DNA of 64,000 bases, taken from positions 1,696,001-1,760,000 of the forward strand of contig CAXXLL010000003.1 of the NCBI GenBank assembly GCA_963662545.2. Direction: 5' to 3'. Origin of the DNA: Gammaproteobacteria bacterium. GTDB taxonomy: Bacteria; Pseudomonadota; Gammaproteobacteria; Ga0077536. The notes beneath the pieces are model-generated. The model saw only the letters and a list, made by a program, of their open reading frames with translations, was not told the DNA's origin and did not search any database. The position numbers were made by a program, and so were the translations under genes. Numbering within the stretch: the stretch's first letter is position 1; each line of letters starts with the position of its first letter. Shown here piece by piece: positions 10,851-21,227 of this stretch.

Positions 10851-11990
10851 ATGAAGCGCAGTCACATCCGACGCGATGAAATACCGCAGCGCCTCTCCAG
10901 CGTCACCGGCTACGAACTCGCCAGCGAATTACTGCTCTACTGCAGCGATTCGCAGCGGGTCCACGTATTAAACGCGTCGGCGGCCGCCGTGTGGGATCTC
11001 TGTGACGGACAGCGCACGGTGCTCGAGATCAACCGTGAGCTGGCATCGGTGCTCCGGCGTTCGAATGCAGACCTGTTTCCTGACATTCAACTCGCGGTCA
11101 ACGAGCTGTTAAAAATGGAGATGATCGATATAGCACCGCCGCCGGTCAGCGACGCCCGCGAAGTGCTGATGGCGATGCGGGCAGCGCCGGCGATGGCGAT
11201 GGCGATCGGATTCAACGGTACGGCAGTGACTATCCATACCGAAGTCGAGGGCGTCAGGGCGCACCTGTCCGGCCGGTTCGGAAGGCTGGTCGCATCGGGC
11301 GGCGAAGCGAACGTCGCCGACTTCTACGTGCAAGCTTCGGGGGATCGCTATCTGTTGTGCGGAGAGTCCGGCGAAACACGTTACCTGGGTGGCCTAGGCG
11401 ACGTCCTGCAGGAACTCGAAATGGTGCTGGTTCAAACGCTCGTGGACGCGAACCCGGATCTGTTATGGATGCACGCCGGCGCGGTTGCGGACGACGGCGG
11501 CGCGATCATGGTCGTCGGGCCGTCGGGGGCGGGCAAGAGCATGTTCATAACGGGACTGGCGCGTGAGTCGCGCGTCTATCTTTCCGATGACGTGCTGCCG
11601 GTACGCAAGGAAACCAGTGAAGCGCTGCCATTCCCACTGGCGCCGAGCGTGCGCCTCGCCGCCGGGCCCCGGCTGCCGGCGCACCGTATCCAGAACGTCG
11701 AACGGGAGTCCATCGCATTGAGTGACGACCAGATCGGGTGCGCGCCGTTTCGTCTCGCTGCCGTTTTGCTACCGATATTCGACGCTGGGAAATCGGCGCA
11801 GATCCGCGAACCCAGCCCATCGCAGGTCGCCCGCGTGCTGATTGAGAACAGTCTCAACATAGCGCAGCACCGGGAACGGGCCGTCGCCTATCTGTGCGAA
11901 CTCGCGAACACCGTTCCGGCGCTCGAGTTGCGCTACGGTGACCGCGCCGCAGCGCTCGAGCTCGCGGCGCGCGCACTTCCTTTGAGCTGA
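10851..11990 (+). CDS. PqqD-type RRE fused to an HprK-related P-loop kinase
   Basis: VHVLNASAAAVWDLCDGQRT (RRE); HAGAV, GPSGAGKS Walker A, YLSDD. Confidence 0.85.
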   Translation: MKRSHIRRDEIPQRLSSVTGYELASELLLYCSDSQRVHVLNASAAAVWDLCDGQRTVLEINRELASVLRRSNADLFPDIQLAVNELLKMEMIDIAPPPVSDAREVLMAMRAAPAMAMAIGFNGTAVTIHTEVEGVRAHLSGRFGRLVASGGEANVADFYVQASGDRYLLCGESGETRYLGGLGDVLQELEMVLVQTLVDANPDLLWMHAGAVADDGGAIMVVGPSGAGKSMFITGLARESRVYLSDDVLPVRKETSEALPFPLAPSVRLAAGPRLPAHRIQNVERESIALSDDQIGCAPFRLAAVLLPIFDAGKSAQIREPSPSQVARVLIENSLNIAQHRERAVAYLCELANTVPALELRYGDRAAALELAARALPLS

Positions 11991-12043
11991 CGCGACCGAG
12001 GCACGCGGGCGAGCGGCTGGAATAAGCTTAATCGATCGAGGAG

Positions 12044-12790
12044 ATGCGTATAGTGAACAAAAAAGGCGTTCTCAAGGTGTTTGTGGTCACGATCCTTTTG
12101 GGTTCGGCGGCGCATCTACCGGCCGGGGACTCGGAGCGCGAGTGGTATGTGCGCAAGTACCATCAGCGTGAGGCGGTCGATTGGTCCCGGGAGGCGGAGG
12201 TCGATCTCGGCGAGCGCAGGCCCGCGATGATGGAAATCTACGAGGTCTCGCAATACGCGGACGGGTCAGAGCCGAGCGACGCCCAGCGCGGCGCGGCGAA
12301 CGACCTCGCGCAGCAGTCGTTCGCAAGCGCACGGAAGCACGGATGGTTCGATTTCGATAAGGGTTTGAATGACGGTTTCGAGCCTGTGTTCGGGGACCGG
12401 GTACATTACGCGAACAAGCCGTTCATCACCGATGACCACCTCCTGAACCCCGACCGTCCGGAGTTTCTGATGTATTACGATACGCCGAATGGCAAGCGCC
12501 TCGCTGGCATCATGTATCTGACCCGCAAGCTCGACGAACGCGGCCCCCAAATCGGCGGCCCGCTCACCGTCTGGCACTATCACATCTTTAAAGGCCGGAA
12601 GTGTTTTCTGAGGGGACTGCTGGTAATCGGCGCGCCCGGCGAAGACGGCGCCTGCGCCCATGGTTTCCCTAACGACCACAGCCCCGAGATGCTGCACGTT
12701 TGGCTGCTGGACCACCCACAGGGAAGGTTCGCGACCGACATGGCATTGCCCTCCGAGACGCTCGAGGCGCTTGCGGAACAGTCGGACTGA
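12044..12790 (+). CDS. Exported hypothetical protein with several His-containing motifs
   Basis: GAGGAG RBS, signal peptide, VHYAN, RPEFLMY, WHYH, PEMLHVW. Confidence 0.75.
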   Translation: MRIVNKKGVLKVFVVTILLGSAAHLPAGDSEREWYVRKYHQREAVDWSREAEVDLGERRPAMMEIYEVSQYADGSEPSDAQRGAANDLAQQSFASARKHGWFDFDKGLNDGFEPVFGDRVHYANKPFITDDHLLNPDRPEFLMYYDTPNGKRLAGIMYLTRKLDERGPQIGGPLTVWHYHIFKGRKCFLRGLLVIGAPGEDGACAHGFPNDHSPEMLHVWLLDHPQGRFATDMALPSETLEALAEQSD

Positions 12791-12974
12791 ACCAGATTCG
12801 GAGCGCGGCTCACCGCGGGCAATCTCGACAGGTGCCACCCCTAACTATTGGGTGCACCTGCCTACTGTTACGGGTTGCGCGCCGGGCGTTTCGACGGCGA
12901 CGCTTCAGGAACTCGCATGCGCGTCCGGCCCGTCGGCTGTGCTATGAACCTGCCCGCGCGAACGCGTCGCCTGC

Positions 12975-13622
12975 TCAGTGCGAATGGCCGCTGTGGTCGT
13001 GGCTCGACTTGCCTTCAGCGGGAACCGCCTCGATTGCAGCTTCAGTACCGGCATTGGCCGCATCGGTCGCCGCCGGGGAATCCCCGTGGTGATGGCCTTT
13101 CGCATCCGCCGCATGATGCCCCCGGCCTTCTGCGCGGGCCAGCATCGCGTCATAAGCTGCCGCATCGAGCCGCGGCAGCTCGATCATGAAGGCGATCACC
13201 GGCCACAACGACTCATCGTCATGGGTCGCCCCCCATGCCGGCATACCGGTCATCCTGATGCCATGCTTGGTGATCCAGAAAAGCTCGGCCGGGCTCATCT
13301 CGGCCGCGGATTCCGTGAGATCTGAAGGCTGGGGGTTGAGCCCCTGCCCAGCGGCCTTCGATTTTCGTCCGGGCGCGCCGTGGCAGCCGGCGCACATGGC
13401 ATCGAAATCGCTGATGCCGACGAGCCGTAATTCTTCGCTGCTTAGGTCGGGCATCTCGATGTCGCGAGCCTGACGCGCGACCGAAGCGTGCATCGCCGTC
13501 GAGAACAACCATTCCGTGACCGCGTTGTGCGGAGAACTAGCAGCGACATCGTAAAGTCCCGCGTAGGCAATGCCGGCCGCAACGACGACCGCGAGCACGA
13601 CACCCGTGATGAACATCTTCAT
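12975..13622 (-). CDS. Membrane-anchored monoheme cytochrome c with His-rich C-terminal tail
   Basis: CAGCHG heme motif, HGIRMTGMPAWG, tail HHAADAKGHHH...HDHSGHSH. Confidence 0.85.
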   Translation of the reverse strand: MKMFITGVVLAVVVAAGIAYAGLYDVAASSPHNAVTEWLFSTAMHASVARQARDIEMPDLSSEELRLVGISDFDAMCAGCHGAPGRKSKAAGQGLNPQPSDLTESAAEMSPAELFWITKHGIRMTGMPAWGATHDDESLWPVIAFMIELPRLDAAAYDAMLARAEGRGHHAADAKGHHHGDSPAATDAANAGTEAAIEAVPAEGKSSHDHSGHSH

Positions 13623-15014
13623 GAGCGTGATCGGGCCCTCAATTCTTTGCGCATTATTAAGGGGCGGAAGTACGGCGCCTTGCCGACGCATTTCGGGTGA
13701 ACTGCCCAGCCTGCCGTCGTAGCAAAAGCAGCGTAGATCTTTATATCGATCGAAGCGAGCCGTTCGAGAAGCGTGCGCAGGCGGTGGCAGCGCGATGGGA
13801 TCAAGAGCTTGAATAACTGCAATTCTGACAGTGCGACCGGCTCGCTAAGTGTGTTCGACGAAGAGCTACGGCTCCGATCTCTATCCATAGTTCAACTTGA
13901 ATCCCGCCGCATTGAGATAGACCGCCTCCTGCTCGAGATCCGCCCGGGTCAACGCGTGTGCATCGAGCCACTGCGGCGGGTATTTGAGTTTGATCACTGC
14001 GTCCTCGGCGCTGATCAAGATCGGCGGCAGGGGATCATCGCTGCGGCGGCGGTGCAACATATAGGCCAGGCGCAGGAGTACACAGAGCCGGGTGATCGAC
14101 TGGACGCGGGCGGCCGGCAATTTTGCGAACTCGGCGAGCGGCATCTTGCGGCGATGGCCGCGCACGAGGGCGGCGAGGCGGCGTTGCTCACCGTGGGCAA
14201 ATCCCGGCATGTTCAGATGGGTCAACAAGTAGCCGCCGTGCTTGTGGTACTGGTTGTGCGCAATCGACAGGCCGATTTCGTGGAGCACCGCGGCCCAGCG
14301 CAGCATACCTCGGTACTCCTCGGACGCGAGATCCCAGGCGCACGCGACCTGCTTCAACAGCGCCTCGGCGGTTTCCCGCACGCGCTCGCCCTGTTCCAGG
14401 TCGATTTGATAGCGCCGGGTCAGTTCATTCACGGTGCGTTCGCGCACGTCTTCCCGGTGGATTCTCCCCAGCAGGTCGTAGAGCAGCCCTTCCCGCAAGG
14501 CGCCGTCGGAGACGCGCATCCGCTCGATGCCAAGCGCTTCGAAGGCCGCGATCAGGATCGCTACGCCGCCCGGGAACACCGGGCGGCGTTCATCCGGCAG
14601 GCCCTTGAAGTCGAGCTTGTTCACGTGCCCGGCCTCTATCATCGCCTGGCGCAGGTTTGCCAGCGCGTCCGGGGTGATGCCTTCTTCGCTCCATTGCCGG
14701 GCCAGTACGATGTCGCGGATTGCCAGGATCGTACCGGATGCCCCGATGACCGCGTGCCAGCCGACGCGCCGAAAGCTTTCTTCCATGGTTTCCAGTTCCT
14801 GCCGTGCGGCGATCTCCGCCGTGCGCATGCGGGCGCCATCGATGGATCCGTCGGCGAAAAAGGCTTCGCTCAGGCTCACACAGCCCATGTGCCTGCTTTC
14901 CATATACAGCGGATCGAAACGCCGGCCGAGTATGAATTCGGTACTGCCGCCGCCGATATCCATGACCAGGCGCAGATCAGAATCGTCATCCAGGCCATGC
15001 GAAACCCCTAGGTA

Positions 15015-16711
15015 GTGTCCGTCCATAAACAGGCATTTTCTTCGATGGGCACGGAGAAATCGAGGTGTTGAAAGTAGGTTGTTGGAGCGGTAGCGGCGGT
15101 TCGGTGGGGGTCGAAGGGCTCTTCGAGCGTAATTGTGAGTACGTTCGCCGGCCGCAGAGCGCTGCAACCCAAAGTCGCCCGTTCGACGATATCGAGGAGG
15201 TCAGTTAGTGCGAGTGAACGTCGCTATTCGAGTTGATAGCGCGCGAGCAGGCTGAGGTTGTAGGCGACCACAGAAGACCACACGTAGGCTTCGAAGTGCG
15301 GCAGGCTCTTCCAGGTGCAACGTGCCAATCCGTATGCACGCTTCAGGCAGGAGATACCGGCCTCGATGCCGGCGCGGAAGTTGCGCAAGCGTCGATAGAC
15401 CCACTGACTCTTGACCATGTCGGCGATCGCGAGCCCGCGCTTCTTGTGGAAGGCAACGTCTTCGATGCCTTCTGCTTTCGCCGCCCGGAGATTGTCGAGG
15501 CTCGCATAGCCGCCATCGGCGGCGACCTGTCGTGGCATCGTCCCGTAGTGTGTTCGATGCCGTTCGAGCATCGGCATGAAGCGCTGACTATCGACCGGAT
15601 TGCCTCGCTCGATGACCACGTCGAGGATGAGGCCACTGCGCCCCGAAGCCAGATTGATTTTGTGTCCGTACTGAACGTCGCGCGCACCCTTTATGATGAT
15701 GTCGGTATGCGGCTCGAACAAGCTCACGCACTTCTCGCTCGCGGGGACCTTCTCACCGCCGAACACCCGCCGCTCAGTTTGCGAAATCACCTGCAGAACA
15801 AGTGTTTCGTAGTGCGCTACCTGCGCTAGCCAGTCCGGCAGTTCAACGCCGGTGACGCCCGGGCTCAGCAGCTGCTCACGTACCCTCGCTACCGCTTCCA
15901 AGGTTGAACGCGTCGCCCCAATCAAATCGCGATACAGACGTTGGCGTTGCTTCGCACCACGCGCATACCACAGCGCCCGCGCACGCTTCTTCGCCAATCG
16001 AGTGTGGTTCACGAAGCACAACTCCGGCGCGCCAGGCAACTCGCGCGCCTGTGCGAGCAGACGAACCACAACACGCACGCCATCCCACAGCAGATGACTG
16101 TCGCTCGGCGCGTGGATGGCACTGTCCGTTACCGTGCTATCAATCCGTACACGCTGTGCCGGCTCAATGCGCGTCTCTTTCGCCGTCGCCAGCAGGGCGC
16201 GATGAATAGACTCCCACGTCGATACCTGGATCGCCGAGACCACCCGCTGTAAGGCAGACTTCTTCGGACGTTCATTACCCGGCAACCGGGCGAAGGCCTG
16301 AAAGCTCGCCGAGTCCTGCAGGTGAAAGGCCAGCTCCTCGTAACTCAATTGCCGGTGCTGCTTGAGCACCGCGCAGCGCAGCACCGACTCCGCCGACAGT
16401 CCGCGTCGACCGGTGGGCTTCAAACCCCGCCGACACAGATCGTTCATGACCGGCGTGAGGACCTTGGGGTGAGCATCGAGCCACTCGGACATGCCCTGCA
16501 GCTCTCGCCCCAGGTCATGGTCAGCAAACAGCTCGTATATACTCGCTTGGGCCGTGCGTTTCTGACGCATTCCCCCTCCTGTGGTGTCGATGATTGTGTG
16601 GAAAATCAGAGGTTTGAAGTTCCATTAGATCACGACCCACCGGAGGTTTCGATCCCTTAAGCGACAAATTTTCCTTTTTATTTCAACCGCATCGCGTTTA
16701 GGGATGCACAC
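15015..16711 (-). mobile_element. ISNCY/IS5-like insertion sequence inside ppx
   Basis: Imperfect IRs GTGTCCGTCCATAAAC / GTGTGCATCCCTAAAC; target duplication TAGGTA (readable as CTAGGTAG) at 15009-15014 and 16712-16717. Confidence 0.9.
15224..16570 (-). CDS. ISNCY-family DDE transposase
   Basis: RIDSTV, ADGGY, FRAGIEAGISCLKR motifs. Confidence 0.9.
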   Translation of the reverse strand: MRQKRTAQASIYELFADHDLGRELQGMSEWLDAHPKVLTPVMNDLCRRGLKPTGRRGLSAESVLRCAVLKQHRQLSYEELAFHLQDSASFQAFARLPGNERPKKSALQRVVSAIQVSTWESIHRALLATAKETRIEPAQRVRIDSTVTDSAIHAPSDSHLLWDGVRVVVRLLAQARELPGAPELCFVNHTRLAKKRARALWYARGAKQRQRLYRDLIGATRSTLEAVARVREQLLSPGVTGVELPDWLAQVAHYETLVLQVISQTERRVFGGEKVPASEKCVSLFEPHTDIIIKGARDVQYGHKINLASGRSGLILDVVIERGNPVDSQRFMPMLERHRTHYGTMPRQVAADGGYASLDNLRAAKAEGIEDVAFHKKRGLAIADMVKSQWVYRRLRNFRAGIEAGISCLKRAYGLARCTWKSLPHFEAYVWSSVVAYNLSLLARYQLE

Positions 16712-17093
16712 TAGGTAGATCAGGCGTGCTTCTTCGTGGCCGGAAATGACGTCGACGGCGTGTCCGAGGGCCGTTTCTGCTTGCGAGAGAAAGGCGGGTG
16801 CGTTGCGCGCCTTGCGCAGTGTGTTCGTGCCGACGGCGCGCACCGCAAGTTGCGGCAGATCACTCAAGCGTTCGCCAAAACGCTCGAGACACTCGATCGC
16901 TCGTCCGATGACTGTGTCGGTTAGGTTGTTGTCTTGGTCAAGGCCCGCCGCCAGCTGCACCATTTCACGCATGCGGTCGACGATGTGAAAACTGTCCTCG
17001 TTCGTTTTCGCGACGATCATGTGAAAGCTGTTGGAACCGAGATCGACGGCGGCAATCATCCCTGGAGTCGCGTTGCCCATAAAGAATCGCTAT

Positions 17094-17260
17094 CTAGCAG
17101 CCTGTCGGACTTAGGAAAATCTGCTACGGCGTTGGGATAGCTGCCCAGATGCGCCATGGTTCTCGTTAAATAGACCCACTATTCGCCTCAAACTATGACG
17201 CCTCTCAGACCTCTCTCCCAACCGCCTCGCGACGATTCCCCAAGTCCGACAGGCTGCTAG
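17094..17260. repeat. MITE-like element, family A
   Basis: 22-bp terminal IR CTAGCAGCCTGTCGGACTT(A/G)GG, no ORF. Confidence 0.85.
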
Positions 17261-17327
17261 GTAATTCGCCTGGGAAGCGGCCGGGTTTATACTCCATGGC
17301 AGTGATCGATTTAGCGGAGAAGCCGCC

Positions 17328-17747
17328 ATGGCAGACGACAATATAAGTAGTATCACGCCGCCCGAAGCGTGGCAGATTCTTAATGACGAGTCGAATGCGA
17401 TCGTTTTGGACGTGCGCAGTAAAGTCGAGTTCGACTACGTCGGACATCCGTTACATGCCGTACACGTCGCGTGGAAGGAATATCCCGACTGGACAGAAAA
17501 TCCGAACTTCGTGGATGAAGTCAAGGCGGCCCTGCGAGAGCGGGGCGGCGACGATTCGTCGCGTCCGGTACTCGCGATTTGCCGCAGCGGAGTCCGGTCG
17601 CTGGCCGCGGCCAAGGCGTTATCCGCCGCGGGTTACGAGCGCCTTTACAACGTTGAGGAAGGCTTCGAAGGTGACAAGAACGACGAAGCCCATCGGGGCA
17701 CGATCAACGGATGGCGTCGTCACGGTCTTCCTTGGGAGCAGACCTGA
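17328..17747 (+). CDS. Rhodanese-like domain protein
   Basis: LDVRSKVEF, ICRSGVRS, YNVEEGFEG, GWRRHGLPW. Confidence 0.92.
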   Translation: MADDNISSITPPEAWQILNDESNAIVLDVRSKVEFDYVGHPLHAVHVAWKEYPDWTENPNFVDEVKAALRERGGDDSSRPVLAICRSGVRSLAAAKALSAAGYERLYNVEEGFEGDKNDEAHRGTINGWRRHGLPWEQT

Positions 17748-17749
17748 TT

Positions 17750-18073
17750 TCATCCTTCGGCCTCGCCACGGACGGCACCGCAGTTCCAGCACTGATTGAA
17801 TTGCCCTTCCAGATGCTCGTCGCAGTGCGGGCACACCCAGGGATCGTCTTGTAGCATTCGGTTGCTGAGCGCGCTTTGAATAATGCGCCCGGCGGCGCTC
17901 TCGTCTTCGTCGTGGAGCACCCACACTTCCGGCCAGCATTCGTTCACCGGGAGCTCGCCGACGCCGCCACCGAGATAATGGTTGCGAATCAAGCACTGAA
18001 TACCGGCAGCCTCGAGCAGCGAATCGACGAACCCGGAAAGCACCGGATCCGCATCGGTAAATACGCGCTTCAT
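17750..18073 (-). CDS. DUF2007/putative signal-transducing protein with C-terminal zinc finger
   Basis: GELPVNECWPEVWV, WVCPHC...FNQCWNCG. Confidence 0.85.
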   Translation of the reverse strand: MKRVFTDADPVLSGFVDSLLEAAGIQCLIRNHYLGGGVGELPVNECWPEVWVLHDEDESAAGRIIQSALSNRMLQDDPWVCPHCDEHLEGQFNQCWNCGAVRGEAEG

Positions 18074-18204
18074 CGTCCTAAAACCATCGTTATCACCCGT
18101 GCCGTCGTATAATGCACGGCTTTGCTGGCCCTGGACACCCTGAAATCAGCCGCGTCTCAGGGGCCAAGAGTTCCCGTAACGCCGCCGCTTACCTTGTCAC
18201 TGAG

Positions 18205-20028
18205 ATGCCGTCCAATAAGCTTCGCAATATCGCTATCGTCGCGCACGTCGACCACGGCAAAACGACGCTGGTCGATGAGCTGCTGAAACAGTCGGGAACA
18301 CTCGACATGCGCCGCGACACCGCCGAGCGCATCATGGATAGTGATGCGCTCGAGCGCGAGCGCGGGATCACCATCCTGGCCAAAAATACGGCCGTCCAAT
18401 GGGAAGGGTACCGAATCAACGTCGTCGACACGCCGGGGCATGCAGATTTCGGCGGCGAGGTCGAGCGCATTCTGTCGATGGTGGATTCCGTTCTTCTGCT
18501 GGTCGATGCAGTCGAGGGCCCGATGCCGCAAACGCGGTTCGTGACACAGAAAGCCTTCGCGCGGGGGCTCCATCCGCTGGTCGTGATCAACAAATGTGAT
18601 CGCACGGCCGCGAGAGCTCATTGGGTTCTGGATCAGACCTTCGAACTGTTCGATCGCCTGGGTGCGAGCGATGCCCAGCTCGATTTCCCCGTCGTGTATT
18701 GCTCGGCGACGCAGGGCTATGCGCGGCACGACCCCGATGACGCGGAGCGCGACATGCGCATCCTGTTCGAAACCATCATCGAACATGTCCCGCCGCCAAG
18801 CGTGGACACAAAAGGCGGGTTTCAAATGCAAATCAGCTCGCTTGATTATTCGAGCTATATAGGCGCAATCGGGATCGGCCGCATCAACCGCGGTCGAATC
18901 GCGCCCAATCAGAATGTCACCGTCATCGACGGACATGGCCGTCACCGCCGTGGCCGTGTCCTTGAGGTACTCGGATTTCAAGGGCTCAAGCGGGAAGCGC
19001 GTGATGTGGCCGAGGCCGGCGACATCGTAGCGGTCACCGGCATCGACGAGCTTCGGATTTCCGATACGTTGTGTGATCCGGCACATGCCGAGGCACTGCC
19101 GTCTCTCACTATTGACGAACCCACCGTGTCCATGACCTTCGAGGTTTCCGCCTCGCCGTTTGCCGGACTTGAAGGGCGCTTCGTGACCAGCCGTCAAATA
19201 CTCGAACGTCTCCAACGTGAGATAGTCCACAACGTCGCCTTGCGGATCGAAGAAACCGATGATACCAAGTGCATCAAGGTGGCCGGTCGCGGCGAGCTGC
19301 ACCTGTCGATACTGATCGAGAACATGCGCCGGGAAGGCTATGCATTTTGCGTCGGCCGGCCGCAGGTCATCGTCAAGCAGATCGATGGTAGCCCGGCCGA
19401 ACCCTTCGAGAAATTGGTGGTGGACGTTTCGGAATCCAATCAGGGTACGGTCATGGAGCGACTCGGCGCGCGCCGCGGCACCATCGAACATATGATGCCC
19501 GACGGCAAAGGTCGGGTACGGCTCGACTACGTGATTCCGTCCCGAGGGCTCATCGGATTTCGCACGGAATTTCTCACCGCTACCGCGGGTACTGGGATCA
19601 TGTATCACACCTTCGAGGATTACCGCCCGCTTGCCCGCGGCGCGATTGCGCCGCGCAAAAACGGCGTGCTCGTGTCCATTACCGATGGCAAAGCGCTCGC
19701 CTTTGCCCTGTTCAATCTGCAAGAACGTGGGCGCATGCTCCTCGCGCCCGGCGAGGAGGTATTCGAGGGCATGATCGTGGGTATCCATTCGCGGGACAAC
19801 GATCTCGCCGTCAACCCGATGAAAGCGAAGCAGCTCACCAACATCCGCGCCGCCGGCAGTGACGAAAATGTTCTCTTAACCTCGCCGTTGCGTTTCGATC
19901 TCGAACAGGCACTGGAATTCATAGTCGAAGACGAACTGGTGGAGGTAACGCCCCGCGCAATTCGGCTGCGCAAGCGCGAATTGAAAGAAGCCGACCGGCG
20001 CCGTTCCTTGCGCCGCGCGTTGAAATGA
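18205..20028 (+). CDS. typA: Translational GTPase TypA/BipA
   Basis: [50 protein letters not shown]. Confidence 0.97.
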   Translation: MPSNKLRNIAIVAHVDHGKTTLVDELLKQSGTLDMRRDTAERIMDSDALERERGITILAKNTAVQWEGYRINVVDTPGHADFGGEVERILSMVDSVLLLVDAVEGPMPQTRFVTQKAFARGLHPLVVINKCDRTAARAHWVLDQTFELFDRLGASDAQLDFPVVYCSATQGYARHDPDDAERDMRILFETIIEHVPPPSVDTKGGFQMQISSLDYSSYIGAIGIGRINRGRIAPNQNVTVIDGHGRHRRGRVLEVLGFQGLKREARDVAEAGDIVAVTGIDELRISDTLCDPAHAEALPSLTIDEPTVSMTFEVSASPFAGLEGRFVTSRQILERLQREIVHNVALRIEETDDTKCIKVAGRGELHLSILIENMRREGYAFCVGRPQVIVKQIDGSPAEPFEKLVVDVSESNQGTVMERLGARRGTIEHMMPDGKGRVRLDYVIPSRGLIGFRTEFLTATAGTGIMYHTFEDYRPLARGAIAPRKNGVLVSITDGKALAFALFNLQERGRMLLAPGEEVFEGMIVGIHSRDNDLAVNPMKAKQLTNIRAAGSDENVLLTSPLRFDLEQALEFIVEDELVEVTPRAIRLRKRELKEADRRRSLRRALK

Positions 20029-20094
20029 TTGAAAAGCTGTCCTCGATATTCCACCCGCGTCACTCCGATTCCCTATGCCGTACAAGCTCCTAGC

Positions 20095-20592
20095 ATGATC
20101 GGATTGATACAGCGCGTCGACAAAGCCCAAGTCGAAGTCTCGGGCGAGATCATCGCGAGCGTTCAACGCGGCCTCGTGGCGTTCATCGGTGTCGAACGCG
20201 GCGACACGGAAGCCGAAGCCGGGCGCCTGATCGAGCGGATTCTGGGCTACCGCGTATTTCCCGACGACGACGGCAAGATGAATCGATGCCTGGGCGACAT
20301 CGACGGCGGGCTCCTGCTCGTCCCACAATTCACGCTGGCCGCCGATACCCGCAAGGGCACGCGGCCCAGCTTTTCTCCCGCCGCCCCGCCCGAAGAGGGG
20401 CGCCGGCTGTTCGACTCGCTCGCTGAAGAAGCACGCCGTGCCTACGCGCGCGTCGGGACCGGCCGGTTCGGGGCGGCAATGAAAGTCGGCTTGGTCAATG
20501 ACGGGCCCGTCACGTTCTGGCTGCAGGTATCACCAAGCCGGCCGCAAACGGAGGCAGCCCGAAAAGCCGCGTCTCAACGATCGCCAACATGA
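20095..20592 (+). CDS. dtd: D-aminoacyl-tRNA deacylase
   Basis: [34 protein letters not shown]. Confidence 0.95.
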   Translation: MIGLIQRVDKAQVEVSGEIIASVQRGLVAFIGVERGDTEAEAGRLIERILGYRVFPDDDGKMNRCLGDIDGGLLLVPQFTLAADTRKGTRPSFSPAAPPEEGRRLFDSLAEEARRAYARVGTGRFGAAMKVGLVNDGPVTFWLQVSPSRPQTEAARKAASQRSPT

Positions 20593-21050
20593 AACATCTG
20601 CTGATGGTCTACCACTCGCAGTCCGGATCGACCGAGGCAATGGCTGAGGCGGTGATCGAGGGAGCCAGCGATCCGGCAATCGAAGGCGTCGACCTGCGTG
20701 TCCTGACCCCGCTGGACGCGTCCGTCGATGACGTCCTGTGGTCGGATGGAATCATTCTCGGCACCCCGGAGAATTTCGGCTATATGTCGGGAGCGCTCAA
20801 ATATTTTTTCGACCATATCTACTATCCGTGCCTCGAACACACTCAGGGACTGCCGTACGTCCTCTTCGTCAAGGCCGGCAACGACGGCAGCGGCGCGGTG
20901 GCAAGCATCGAGCGACTCGTTACGGGATTGCGCTGGCGTGAAGTGCAGGAGCCGATCGTTGTGGTCGGGGACGTTCAGCCAGCACAGATCGAAGCCTGCC
21001 GTGAACTCGGCATGGCGCTCGCAGCTGGCCTTGAAGCGGGATTGTTTTAG
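20589..21050 (+). CDS. Flavodoxin family / NADPH-dependent FMN reductase-like protein
   Basis: [30 protein letters not shown]. Confidence 0.9.
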   Translation: MKHLLMVYHSQSGSTEAMAEAVIEGASDPAIEGVDLRVLTPLDASVDDVLWSDGIILGTPENFGYMSGALKYFFDHIYYPCLEHTQGLPYVLFVKAGNDGSGAVASIERLVTGLRWREVQEPIVVVGDVQPAQIEACRELGMALAAGLEAGLF

Positions 21051-21227
21051 GCGCATCGGTGTCCGTTTTGGGTGGCCGCGGTTGACTGCCTGTCATATTG
21101 CGGTTGCCGAGGCGCGCCGACCGCCTTGCAAAATCGTCGGCTTCCGCGACCAGGGCCCGCGAGATTAAGTTTCCAATCTAGAAATTGCTTTAGAATGCGC
21201 GCTCGCGAATGATTTCTGGGAGTCGAC

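Larger units (their letters stand above)
13881..17080 (-). pseudogene. ppx: Exopolyphosphatase Ppx/GppA interrupted by an IS
   Basis: 5' part (16712-17080) AAVDLGSNSFHM...EEARLIYL; 3' part (13881-15014) GVSHG...DIGGGSTE...SDGALREG; removing the IS and one target copy restores IYLGVSHG in frame. Confidence 0.95.

Noticed and set aside
12660-12974. Cys/Trp-containing ORF 12660..12947 as RiPP precursor
   Set aside because: Starts out of frame inside the upstream gene with no RBS; the gap contains only an imperfect hairpin (about 12830-12860)
15015-15167. ORF-track N-terminus of 13881..15167 and C-terminus of 16625..17080
   Set aside because: These are read-ins to IS ends; the real product is the split ppx
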